64,000 nucleotides of DNA, from assembly GCA_030527425.1 (NCBI GenBank), contig JAUNAV010000002.1, positions 12,601-76,600 of the forward strand, given 5' to 3'. The position numbers and the translations under genes were made by a program. The stretch is from Tissierellia bacterium. GTDB taxonomy: Bacteria > Bacillota > Clostridia > Tissierellales > Peptoniphilaceae. Every line of letters begins with the position of its first letter. Within the stretch, counting starts at the first letter, position 1. The notes beneath the pieces are model-generated. The model was not told where the DNA came from, searched no databases, and saw only the letters and a list, made by a program, of their open reading frames with translations. Positions 21,745-30,185 of this stretch are shown here, piece after piece.

Positions 21745-22652
21745 ATTGATTCCAATATTTTTCTTGTATGAGCATTAATATTTTTATACAAGTAAGTATT
21801 GGAATTTTTAAATAATAGATAATCTTTTGATATATCATATGAGCTTTTATCTTCTAATTTAAATATATTTTTTACTACATAACCAAAATTATTTTCTGAA
21901 ATTTTGCCATATAATACATTGATTCTTATATTTACTTGGTATTCGTCAATACTTATACAGAAATCAGAAAATTCATAGAAGCTTTTATTTAGTTTTATAC
22001 TTGAAATGTAGGTTAGATGAATTAAGTTTTTTTCTATTATTGAGTTTTTTAAGCATAAATTAGCATCTAGAAATTTAGAATAAAAACTTAATTTATAAGT
22101 AAAAACATCCTCAATAGTGATTAGTTTTTCAGTTGAAATAACATCATTTCTATTGTGTTTTATTATTGGAGTAGGATTGTCTCTTACAAGCACCTCTTTT
22201 GATAATTTACTTACAACTCTTTTTCTATCGTCTTCTACTCTTTTTATATCTAGTAATGTTTCGATATAATCAAGTTTTAAACTAGGAAAATTAAAAAATT
22301 TCTGATAATCTCTTACGACTTTATAAATATCTATTGTATTTTCAAAAAATATAGCTTCTAAATTATTGTTAATTAATCTTTGATTTATAAATTCTAAATC
22401 AAATGAATCACCATTATAAGTAATTATTTGTTTGTCTTTAGAGATGTTTTTAAAAATTATTAATAAATCCTTCTCTTGTTGATCATTTGTAGCAAAAATT
22501 TGTCTTATAAAAAAATTCTTCTGTTCATAATAAATCATTCCAATCATTACTATTGTGTCGAATTGGCGACTTAGACCTGTGGTTTCAATATCTAAGACTA
22601 ATTGGTTTTTATTTAAATTTTTAGCATCATAAATTATCTTTTCATCAATCAT
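21741..22652 (-). CDS. YprB-like RNase H-fold DEDD 3'-5' exonuclease with uncharacterised C-terminal half
   Basis: ExoI LVLDIETTGL, ExoII YNGDSFDLEF, ExoIII HNRNDVISTEKL. The C-terminal ~110 aa (after about residue 195) has no motif I recognise. Confidence 0.6.
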   Translation of the reverse strand: MIDEKIIYDAKNLNKNQLVLDIETTGLSRQFDTIVMIGMIYYEQKNFFIRQIFATNDQQEKDLLIIFKNISKDKQIITYNGDSFDLEFINQRLINNNLEAIFFENTIDIYKVVRDYQKFFNFPSLKLDYIETLLDIKRVEDDRKRVVSKLSKEVLVRDNPTPIIKHNRNDVISTEKLITIEDVFTYKLSFYSKFLDANLCLKNSIIEKNLIHLTYISSIKLNKSFYEFSDFCISIDEYQVNIRINVLYGKISENNFGYVVKNIFKLEDKSSYDISKDYLLFKNSNTYLYKNINAHTRKILESI

Positions 22653-22658
22653 ATTTCT

Positions 22659-22667
22659 ATTATAACA
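22659..22667 (-). promoter_or_regulatory. putative extended -10 promoter TGTTATAAT for the YprB-like gene
   Basis: The minus strand reads tgTTATAATagaaatATG, with only 6 nt between the -10 element and the start codon and no SD. Confidence 0.4.
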
Positions 22668-22673
22668 AATAAA

Positions 22674-22702
22674 TTGATTTTACACTTGTTTTAACATATA
22701 AT
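22674..22702 (+). promoter_or_regulatory. sigma-A-type promoter for the cysteine desulfurase-thiI operon
   Basis: TTGATT, 17-nt spacer, TATAAT; SD aaaggag before ATG 22726. Confidence 0.55.
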
Positions 22703-22725
22703 AGTTTAGTCAAAGGAGTGTTTTA

Positions 22726-23841
22726 ATGATATATTTAGATAATGCTGCAACAACAAGAATGTATGATGAAGTCATTGATATTGAAAGTGAAATGCAAAAA
22801 AAATATTTTGCAAATCCTGCTTCAATTCATAGTTTCGCAATGGAATGCGAAAATCTTATTAAAGATACCAAAGAATTTATTGCAAAATACATAAATGCAA
22901 AGCCAGATGAGATATTTTTTACAAAAGGGGCAACAGAATCAAATAATATAGCAATTAATTCTTTCTCATCGGATAAAAAAGAAGCTATTACATCAAAGCT
23001 TGAACATGCTTCGGTATATGAAAGTTTTAAAAACTCAAATTATAAAGATATATTTTATGTAAAAAATGATAAAAATGGTGTGTTTGATCTTAAGGATTTA
23101 GAGAATTTAATTACTGAAAATACAAGTTTAATATCTTTAATTCATGTTAATAATGAGATTGCAACTATAAATGACATTGAAGAAATAGGTAGAGTCATAA
23201 AAACAAAAAATCCTAATACTATATTTCACGTCGATGCAACTCAATCCTTTGGAAAAATTAAAATCGATGTTAAAAAAGCTAAAATCGATATAATGAGTTT
23301 TTCAGCTCATAAGATACATGGTCCAAAGGGATTAGGGGCTATTTTTATTAAAAAAGATATCATTAATAAATTAAGACCGGTTTTATATGGAGGAAGACAG
23401 GAAATAGTGTCTTCTGGAACACAAAATGCGCCATCAATTGTTGCTTTTAAGAAAGCATTAGAGATAATTGACAAAAGATCCAACTACGAAAAAATTGGAG
23501 AGATTAAAAAATATTTTATAGACAGACTTAATGAAATAGAAGATAAAAAAATAATTTCTAATATTAATATGTCCAGTAATTATATTTTAAATTGCGCATT
23601 TAAGAATATTAAGTCTGAAGTATTGGTTCATTTTTTAGAAGATGAAAAAATCTATGTAACAAGTGGATCAGCATGCTCACATGGTAAAAAGAGTAGAATA
23701 TTAGAAAATATTAATATCGGCGATGAATATATTGATGGATCTATAAGATTTTCTTTTGATGAAAGTATCACAAAAAAAGATATAGATAAAACTATAGATG
23801 TGTTAAAATATGCAATTAAGTTTATAAGAGAGGTTTATTGA
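22726..23841 (+). CDS. class V aminotransferase / cysteine desulfurase (NifS/NifZ/IscS type), probable ThiI partner
   Basis: PLP-lysine motif SFSAHKIHGPKG and active-site Cys SGSACS. Overlaps thiI. Confidence 0.88.
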   Translation: MIYLDNAATTRMYDEVIDIESEMQKKYFANPASIHSFAMECENLIKDTKEFIAKYINAKPDEIFFTKGATESNNIAINSFSSDKKEAITSKLEHASVYESFKNSNYKDIFYVKNDKNGVFDLKDLENLITENTSLISLIHVNNEIATINDIEEIGRVIKTKNPNTIFHVDATQSFGKIKIDVKKAKIDIMSFSAHKIHGPKGLGAIFIKKDIINKLRPVLYGGRQEIVSSGTQNAPSIVAFKKALEIIDKRSNYEKIGEIKKYFIDRLNEIEDKKIISNINMSSNYILNCAFKNIKSEVLVHFLEDEKIYVTSGSACSHGKKSRILENINIGDEYIDGSIRFSFDESITKKDIDKTIDVLKYAIKFIREVY

Positions 23842-25004
23842 TGAAGTGGCTAGTAGCTGTTAGTTTTGGAGAATTAATTTTAAAGGGAAAAAATAGAAAG
23901 AGTTTTTTTAATAGAGCAATTAAAAATATAAAAAGAAATATTGAAGAAATAGGATATAATGACATATTTATTGAATCTTCAAAAGTATATATTGATGTAG
24001 AAAAACAAAAGCATGAACAAATAATAAGTCAAGTAAAAAAAGTATTTGGAATTATATATATTTCACAAGTTATTATGTGTGAAAAAAATCTCGATTCTAT
24101 AGCAAAGGCAGCCATTTGTGCTGTTGAGGATTTTGAGAATTTTCAAGGAAAAACTTTTAAAGTAAAAACAAATAGAGTAGATAAATCATTTGTGATGAAA
24201 TCACCAGAAATAAGCGCAAAAATAGGTGGATATCTTTTAAAGCATTTTAAAAATATTAAAGTCGACGTTCATAATCCAGATTTTGAGGTTTTTGTTGATA
24301 TAAAAGAAGATGCCTTTGTATATATCAAGAGAATCGAAGGCTATGGCGGATTACCAATAGGTTCAAGTGGTAGAGGACTATTACTTTTATCAGGTGGAAT
24401 CGACTCTCCAGTAGCTGGATTTATGATGGCTAAAAGAGGTGTGGAGATTTCAGTACTACACTTTCATTCTTATCCTTTTACATCTAAAAGAGCTCATCAA
24501 AAGGTTAATGATTTAGCAAAAATATTAAGCCAATACACTGGAGAAATTACAATGTATTCAGTAAATCTATTAAATATTTATAAAGAAATAGCAAAAAATT
24601 GCCGATCAAGAGAGACAACAATTCTATCAAGACGTTTTATGATGAAAATTGGAGAGAGAATTTGCAATAAGCATAAAATAAATGTCATGATAACTGGAGA
24701 ATCTTTAGGTCAAGTGGCAAGTCAAACTATACAATCAGTTTCAGTTATAAATGAAGCTGTAGATATCCCTATACTTAGGCCTTTAATAGGAATGGATAAA
24801 ACTGATATAATTAAAATATCTAGAGAGATTGGTTCTTATGAAAAATCAATTGAACCATTCGATGACTGCTGCTCTGTGTTTACACCAGACAGACCAGTAA
24901 CAAAACCGAGATTAAAAGATATAGAATATTCAGAAAATAATTTAGATACCGATAAACTTATTGACGATGCTATTGAAAATATGGAAATAATTAAGATAGT
25001 TTAG
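23841..25004 (+). CDS. thiI: tRNA 4-thiouridine(8) synthase ThiI
   Basis: THUMP-type N-terminus and PP-loop LLLSGGIDSPVA. No rhodanese domain (388 aa). Confidence 0.9.
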   Translation: MKWLVAVSFGELILKGKNRKSFFNRAIKNIKRNIEEIGYNDIFIESSKVYIDVEKQKHEQIISQVKKVFGIIYISQVIMCEKNLDSIAKAAICAVEDFENFQGKTFKVKTNRVDKSFVMKSPEISAKIGGYLLKHFKNIKVDVHNPDFEVFVDIKEDAFVYIKRIEGYGGLPIGSSGRGLLLLSGGIDSPVAGFMMAKRGVEISVLHFHSYPFTSKRAHQKVNDLAKILSQYTGEITMYSVNLLNIYKEIAKNCRSRETTILSRRFMMKIGERICNKHKINVMITGESLGQVASQTIQSVSVINEAVDIPILRPLIGMDKTDIIKISREIGSYEKSIEPFDDCCSVFTPDRPVTKPRLKDIEYSENNLDTDKLIDDAIENMEIIKIV

Positions 25005-25005
25005 T

Positions 25006-25034
25006 TTGACAAACCGATAATTATTTGGTATCAT
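25006..25034 (+). promoter_or_regulatory. sigma-A-type promoter for the rplU-prp-rpmA operon
   Basis: TTGACA, 17-nt spacer, TATCAT, with TG at -15/-14 (tggTATCAT). Confidence 0.6.
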
Positions 25035-25040
25035 ACTTAG

Positions 25041-25102
25041 GTAAACCGCTCAGTATGGGTTAGATCACCTAGACTGGCGAGAAAATTATGAGGAGGTGTA
25101 CT
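25041..25102 (+). promoter_or_regulatory. structured 5' leader of rplU (candidate ribosomal protein L21 leader)
   Basis: Imperfect hairpin: cgc(t)cagt 25047-25054 pairs with actggcg 25073-25079, and inner ggt/acc pairs. It lies directly upstream of SD gaggaggtg. An L21 autoregulatory leader is described in Bacilli; identity not verifiable here. Confidence 0.35.
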
Positions 25103-25414
25103 ATGTACGCTATTATTAAAACAGGTGGAAAGCAATATAAAGTATCTGAAGGCGACCAAGTAAGGGTTGAAAAATTAAACGCTAATCCTGGTGAAGAAGT
25201 AACTTTTGATAAAGTTTTACTCGTAAAATCAGATGATGATTTAAAAATTGGAACACCAATAGTTGAAGGTGCTAATGTAAAAGCAGAAGTTGTTGAACAT
25301 GCTAAAGACAAAAAAATCATTGTGTTTAAATATAAAGCTAAAAAAGGTTACAAGAAGAAAAAAGGACATAGACAACCATATACTTTAGTTGAAATCAAAA
25401 ATATTTCATTATAA
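25103..25414 (+). CDS. rplU: 50S ribosomal protein L21
   Basis: [18 protein letters not shown]. The true start follows SD gaggagg; the ORF-track start at 25088 is an upstream extension. Confidence 0.95.
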   Translation: MYAIIKTGGKQYKVSEGDQVRVEKLNANPGEEVTFDKVLLVKSDDDLKIGTPIVEGANVKAEVVEHAKDKKIIVFKYKAKKGYKKKKGHRQPYTLVEIKNISL

Positions 25415-25416
25415 TT

Positions 25417-25737
25417 ATGATTGATGTAACAGTATTTAGAAATAATAGAAATGCCTTTTTAGGGTTTGAGATAAAAGGTCATGCTGATTATGATGAATAT
25501 GGTAAAGATATTGTATGCGCAGGTGTGTCAACTTTGGCAACAGCTATTATAAATACTTTAGATTATTATCATAAAAAAAGCCAATTCATATTTACTGATC
25601 AACAAGGCATAATGAAATTAGAAATTACTAACAACAATAATACAACTGATATTCTTATGAGAACTTTTATATTGGGCATTGAAAATATAGAAAAGAACTT
25701 TAAAGAATATGTAAAACTACACTTTGAGGAGGTGTAA
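25417..25737 (+). CDS. prp: ribosomal-processing cysteine protease Prp (YsxB family)
   Basis: [18 protein letters not shown] carries the His/Cys dyad. Located between rplU and rpmA. Confidence 0.85.
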   Translation: MIDVTVFRNNRNAFLGFEIKGHADYDEYGKDIVCAGVSTLATAIINTLDYYHKKSQFIFTDQQGIMKLEITNNNNTTDILMRTFILGIENIEKNFKEYVKLHFEEV

Positions 25738-25738
25738 T

Positions 25739-26032
25739 ATGTTTTTAAATTTAGATATTCAAAGATTTTCTAGTAAAAAGGGAGTATCTTCTTCAAAAAA
25801 CGGAAGAGACAGTGAGTCAAAAAGACTTGGTGTTAAAAGAGCAGATGGACAATTCGTACACTCAGGTACAATTATTGTTAGACAAAGAGGTACAAAAATT
25901 CATCCAGGCGAAAATGTAAAAAGAGGAGGAGACGACACTTTATTTGCATGTATTGAAGGTGTTGTTAAATTCGAAAGAAAAGGAAGAAATAGAAAACAAG
26001 TTTCTGTTTATCCTAAAGAAGTTATCGCATAA
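25739..26032 (+). CDS. rpmA: 50S ribosomal protein L27 with N-terminal propeptide
   Basis: [35 protein letters not shown] gaggaggtg lies upstream of ATG 25739. Confidence 0.95.
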   Translation: MFLNLDIQRFSSKKGVSSSKNGRDSESKRLGVKRADGQFVHSGTIIVRQRGTKIHPGENVKRGGDDTLFACIEGVVKFERKGRNRKQVSVYPKEVIA

Positions 26033-26060
26033 TAAGCTTGCCTTTTGGCAAGCTTTTATT
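26033..26060 (+). terminator. intrinsic terminator or attenuator between rpmA and obg
   Basis: 9-bp stem aagcttgcc-tttt-ggcaagctt followed by ttatttc. Confidence 0.75.
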
Positions 26061-26076
26061 TCTATGAGGAAAAAAT

Positions 26077-27348
26077 ATGATTGATATTGTAAATTTACAA
26101 CTAAAAGCTGGCAATGGTGGAAATGGAGCAGTAGCTTTTAGAAGAGAAAAATATGAACCATCCGGTGGTCCTGCAGGTGGAGATGGTGGAGATGGAGGAA
26201 GCATATATATTATAGCTTCTAGTGAAATTACTACTCTTGCCGATTATAGATACAAAAAGAAGTATTTTGCTCAAAATGGTACGGATGGACAAAAGAAAAA
26301 TAGATTTGGTAATAAAGGAGAATCTTTATACTTAAAAGTTCCTGTAGGTACTATAATTAGAGAAGAAGAGAGCAATAAGATAATTAAAGATCTTAAAACC
26401 AATGGTCAAACATTTTTAATTGCAAGAGGCGGAAAAGGTGGAAAAGGAAATGCTAGATACAAAAATTCAGTTAGACAGGCACCAAGATTCGCTCAACCTG
26501 GTCAAAAAGGTCAAGAAATTAATATTATATTAGAATTAAAAATGCTTGCGGATGTTGCCTTAGTGGGACTTCCAAATGTTGGAAAATCGACTTTGATTTC
26601 TGTAATATCAAAGGCTAAACCAAAGATTGCAAATTATCATTTTACAACCTTAGATCCTAATTTGGGCGTTGTTGAAGTAGATGAAGATAGAAGTTTTGTC
26701 GTAGCAGATATTCCAGGTCTTATAGAAGGAGCTAGCGAAGGGATTGGACTAGGACATGATTTCTTAAAGCATATTGAAAGATGTAGGATATTGTTGCATT
26801 TAATTGATATATCTGCTTCAGAAGGTAGAGATCCTATTGAAGATTATAAATTAATAAAAAATGAATTAACTAGATATGGAAATAAGTTAGATAAGAAAAA
26901 AGAAATTATCGTCTTAAATAAAAAAGATTTGGATTTTAATGACAATGCTAAGAAATTCAAAGAAGAATTTGATGATAAAATCATATTTGAAATATCAGCT
27001 ATAACAACTTCAGGTGTTAAACAATTAATAAATAAAGTTACTGAAATACTCTCAACTACAAAAATCGAATCATTTGAATTTGAAGAAGATGAAGACTTTT
27101 TAGAAGAATATTATAATAGTAAGGAAATTTATGATCTAAACTTTAAACTAAGTGATGATAAGTATCATGTATATGGTAAAAGAATTGATAATTTACTTGA
27201 AAGAGTCAATTTTGAAGATTATGATTCCAGAATGTTTTTTGAGATGAAATTAAAAGAAATGGGAATTTTTGATAAATTCAGAGAAATGGGTATTCAAGAT
27301 GGTGATATTATGGTAGTTGGAGATTTAGAATTTGAGTATTATGAATAG
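26077..27348 (+). CDS. obg: GTPase Obg/CgtA
   Basis: Glycine-rich Obg fold GGNGAVAFRREKY...GGDGGDGG, G1 GLPNVGKST, and an OCT-type C-terminus. Confidence 0.95.
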   Translation: MIDIVNLQLKAGNGGNGAVAFRREKYEPSGGPAGGDGGDGGSIYIIASSEITTLADYRYKKKYFAQNGTDGQKKNRFGNKGESLYLKVPVGTIIREEESNKIIKDLKTNGQTFLIARGGKGGKGNARYKNSVRQAPRFAQPGQKGQEINIILELKMLADVALVGLPNVGKSTLISVISKAKPKIANYHFTTLDPNLGVVEVDEDRSFVVADIPGLIEGASEGIGLGHDFLKHIERCRILLHLIDISASEGRDPIEDYKLIKNELTRYGNKLDKKKEIIVLNKKDLDFNDNAKKFKEEFDDKIIFEISAITTSGVKQLINKVTEILSTTKIESFEFEEDEDFLEEYYNSKEIYDLNFKLSDDKYHVYGKRIDNLLERVNFEDYDSRMFFEMKLKEMGIFDKFREMGIQDGDIMVVGDLEFEYYE

Positions 27349-27356
27349 GAGAATAG

Positions 27357-27644
27357 ATGATAAATAGTAAACAAAGAGCAAAATTAAAATCTTTAGCTCA
27401 TGATTTAAAGCCTATATTAAATATTGGTAAAAATTCAATTTCTGATGAATTATTAAGGGCTATTGATGAAGCTTTAGAAAAAAGAGAATTGATCAAAGTT
27501 AAAATTTTAAATAACAATCTTGATGATGACAATTATATAATTGATGAGATCACTAAAAATTTAAATTGCGAATTTGTATCTCATATTGGCAATATAATTA
27601 CTTTATATAAAAGAAATAAAGAGAATTCAAAATTTGATATATAA
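27357..27644 (+). CDS. yhbY: YhbY/CRM-domain ribosome assembly RNA-binding protein
   Basis: KQRAKLKSLAHDLKPILNIGKNSI...ELIKVKI. Conserved position before nadD. Confidence 0.8.
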   Translation: MINSKQRAKLKSLAHDLKPILNIGKNSISDELLRAIDEALEKRELIKVKILNNNLDDDNYIIDEITKNLNCEFVSHIGNIITLYKRNKENSKFDI

Positions 27645-28246
27645 TGAAAATAGCATTATTTGGTGGAACTTTTGATCCAATTCATTTAGGGCATTTAATA
27701 GTTTTGGAAAATTCGATAAATGAATTGGATCTTGATAAAATAATTTTGCTACCTACAGCAAATGCACCGCATAAATTGAATAATAAAAAAACTGATATTG
27801 AAACACGAATTAAAATGTGCTTTGAAGCAGTTAAGGATAATGATAAGTTATTAATATCTAGTTATGAAAGTCAAAAAGAAGTATCCTATACTTTTGAAAC
27901 ATTAGATTATTTTAAAAGACAATTTCCAAATGATGATATTTATTATATCATGGGTGAGGATTCTTTTTTAAATATTGAAACATGGAAGCAATACAAAAAA
28001 ATATTATATGAAAATAATATAATAGTTTTTTCTAGATATTTTAATTATACAACTAATCCATCTTTGATTGAAAAGCTCAATGAGTATAGAAATAATGGAG
28101 CAAAGATATTTTTCTTAGACAATGTATCAACAACTATCTCATCAACACTTATTAGGCAATTGGTTAAAAGTAAGAAATCAATAAAATATTTGGTAACATC
28201 TGAAGTTGAAAATATAATTAAGGAAAGAAGATTATATGTCGATTAA
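27644..28246 (+). CDS. nadD: nicotinate-nucleotide adenylyltransferase
   Basis: GGTFDPIHLGH motif and ISSTLIR. Confidence 0.9.
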   Translation: MKIALFGGTFDPIHLGHLIVLENSINELDLDKIILLPTANAPHKLNNKKTDIETRIKMCFEAVKDNDKLLISSYESQKEVSYTFETLDYFKRQFPNDDIYYIMGEDSFLNIETWKQYKKILYENNIIVFSRYFNYTTNPSLIEKLNEYRNNGAKIFFLDNVSTTISSTLIRQLVKSKKSIKYLVTSEVENIIKERRLYVD

Positions 28247-28799
28247 AAAAGAATATCTTGACAAATTACAAAATAAAATTGGTGAAAAAAGATATAATCA
28301 TTCCATAAGGGTTTTTAAAAAAGCAATGGAAATAAATGATGCGCTTAGGTTAAATATTGATGATAAAAAACTTGAGCAAGCTGCTATATTTCATGATTGT
28401 GCAAAGTATAATGAAATCTATTATTATGATAAATTAAAAGTTAAATATAATATTGATAAAAAAATAATGTCGAATATGGCAGTAAGTCATTCTTTTTTAG
28501 CAGAATTTGTAGCCCAAGAAGAGTATAATATTAAAGATAAAGATGTTTTAGATGCTATTAAATACCATACAACTGGCACAGAGAATATGAGAAAACTTAC
28601 AAAAGTTATTTTATTAGCTGATGCAATTGAAGATGCTAGAGAGTATGATGGGGTTAATGTACTAAGAAAAATTTCGAAAGAGGATTTAGATAAAGCTGTT
28701 TTGATGTATTTTGATCATACAATTTTATTTTTGATTACAAAAAAAGCACCCATACATCCAGAAACTATTAAAGCAAGAAATTTTTTATTGAGAGGTTAA
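28236..28799 (+). CDS. yqeK: HD-domain bis(5'-nucleosyl)-tetraphosphatase YqeK
   Basis: RYNHSIRV...FHDCAK...YHTTG. Follows nadD. Confidence 0.8.
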   Translation: MSIKKEYLDKLQNKIGEKRYNHSIRVFKKAMEINDALRLNIDDKKLEQAAIFHDCAKYNEIYYYDKLKVKYNIDKKIMSNMAVSHSFLAEFVAQEEYNIKDKDVLDAIKYHTTGTENMRKLTKVILLADAIEDAREYDGVNVLRKISKEDLDKAVLMYFDHTILFLITKKAPIHPETIKARNFLLRG

Positions 28800-28800
28800 G

Positions 28801-29112
28801 ATGGAAAAATTAGAAATAATAAAAAAAGTATTAGAAGACAGAAAAGCGGAAGATATAAAGATTATTGATTTGAAAGATAGATCTTCAGTAGCTGATTACT
28901 TCGTAATAGCTACTGCTAGTTCAGTAAACCATAATAGAGCTTTAGCGGATCATATAGAGGAAAATTTGGCAAAAGAAAATTATAAAGTTTTAAATGTTGA
29001 AGGACTTAGAGAAGGCAATTGGGTATTGATGGATATATCAGAAATTATAGTTCATATTTTCACAAAAAAAGATAGGGATTATTACGATCTAGAAGATTTA
29101 TGGGAAGAATAA
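28801..29112 (+). CDS. rsfS: ribosome silencing factor RsfS
   Basis: DYFVIATASSVNHNRALADHI...VHIF...R.YY.LE.LW. Confidence 0.85.
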   Translation: MEKLEIIKKVLEDRKAEDIKIIDLKDRSSVADYFVIATASSVNHNRALADHIEENLAKENYKVLNVEGLREGNWVLMDISEIIVHIFTKKDRDYYDLEDLWEE

Positions 29113-29127
29113 TTTCGGATATTAAAA

Positions 29128-29757
29128 ATGAATTTAAAAAAAGCAGATATTGTAAAAGCTATAGTAGTTTTGGCAATATTAGCTATTTTACTAAGCATTT
29201 ATAGATTAAATCTAAAAAATAGAGATCAAGAAGATTTGATAATTGATAGTTTTTCATCTTCGATTGAAACAAATCAAGTTAAAAGTGAAGATAAAGATGA
29301 TCAAACTGATGATATGAAAGTACATATTACTGGACAAATAAAAAATCCAGGTGTATATGAAATAGAACAATCTGATAGATTAATAGATTTAATCGATAAG
29401 GCAGGCGGCCTTACAAATAAGGCTGATGATCAAAAAATTAATTTGGCGATGAAACTTGAAGATCAGATGAAGATTGTAATCCCTTCAATTGACGATAGTA
29501 ATGATGAGATTGATGAACAATATATAATAAATGATAAAGAAGAAAATAATGAAAATTCAAAAAATCAAAAGATCAATATAAATACTGCTGATATAGATCA
29601 ACTTCAAAAATTACCAAATATAGGAGAAAAAAGAGCTGAAGCTATAATTGATTATAGAAAAGATAATAAATTTGAAAATATAGAAGATATTAAAAATGTT
29701 TCAGGCATAGGTGATAAATACTTTGATGCCATGAAAGATATGATAACAACGAAATAA
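29128..29757 (+). CDS. comEA: ComEA-family DNA receptor (TM anchor, SLBB domain, tandem HhH)
   Basis: N-terminal TM helix, HITGQIKNPGVYEI (SLBB), and ININTADIDQLQKLPNIGEKRAEAIIDYR...GIG (HhH). Confidence 0.8.
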   Translation: MNLKKADIVKAIVVLAILAILLSIYRLNLKNRDQEDLIIDSFSSSIETNQVKSEDKDDQTDDMKVHITGQIKNPGVYEIEQSDRLIDLIDKAGGLTNKADDQKINLAMKLEDQMKIVIPSIDDSNDEIDEQYIINDKEENNENSKNQKININTADIDQLQKLPNIGEKRAEAIIDYRKDNKFENIEDIKNVSGIGDKYFDAMKDMITTK

Positions 29758-29766
29758 GGTGTTTAT

Positions 29767-30171
29767 ATGAAATTATCAACCAGAGGAAGATACGGACTTA
29801 GAGCTTGTTATTATCTTGCTGAAAATTATTATGAAGGTTACACTTCAGTTTCTGATATAGCCAAAGAATTATCTTTATCAGAAAATTATCTAGAACAATT
29901 AATACGCATTCTAAAACAAAATGATATAATAGCTTCTATTAGAGGCGCAAAGGGTGGATATAGGTTAAATAAAAAACCTTCAGATATTACTGTTGGAGAA
30001 ATTTTAAGACTTCTAGAAGGAGATTTTACAACTGCTGTCTGCGCAGGAGATGAAAGTATCTGCGATAATAGACAATGCCAAGCTAGAAATGTATTTTCTA
30101 AAATTGATATAGCTATAAATAAAGCAGTTGACTCAATTACATTAGAAGATATGCTAAATGATGAAGACTAA
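29767..30171 (+). CDS. Rrf2-family transcriptional regulator (IscR/CymR-like, 3 Cys)
   Basis: MKLSTRGRYGLRA wHTH N-terminus, and a Cys cluster CAGDESICDNRQC. Confidence 0.85.
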   Translation: MKLSTRGRYGLRACYYLAENYYEGYTSVSDIAKELSLSENYLEQLIRILKQNDIIASIRGAKGGYRLNKKPSDITVGEILRLLEGDFTTAVCAGDESICDNRQCQARNVFSKIDIAINKAVDSITLEDMLNDED

Positions 30172-30185
30172 TCAAAGGAGAATTG

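Noticed and set aside
25088-25102. N-terminally extended ORF-track starts for several genes:
- rplU (25088)
- rpmA (25724)
- rpmF (62175)
- tsf (54515)
- topA (51552)
- sepF (19298)
- DUF1292 (33435)
- ireB (32803)
- yggS (18640)
- the 312-aa pilus protein (59923)
   Set aside because: In each case a downstream start has a canonical SD at proper spacing. It also reproduces the conserved N-terminus of the family. The extension codons include the SD itself, for example MRRC, which comes from gaggaggtg.
26022-26204. Antisense ORF encoding PPSPPSPPAGPP, and the neighbouring 26101-26292 ORF.
   Set aside because: It is the reverse complement of the glycine-rich GGPAGGDGGDGG segment of Obg and has no independent signals.
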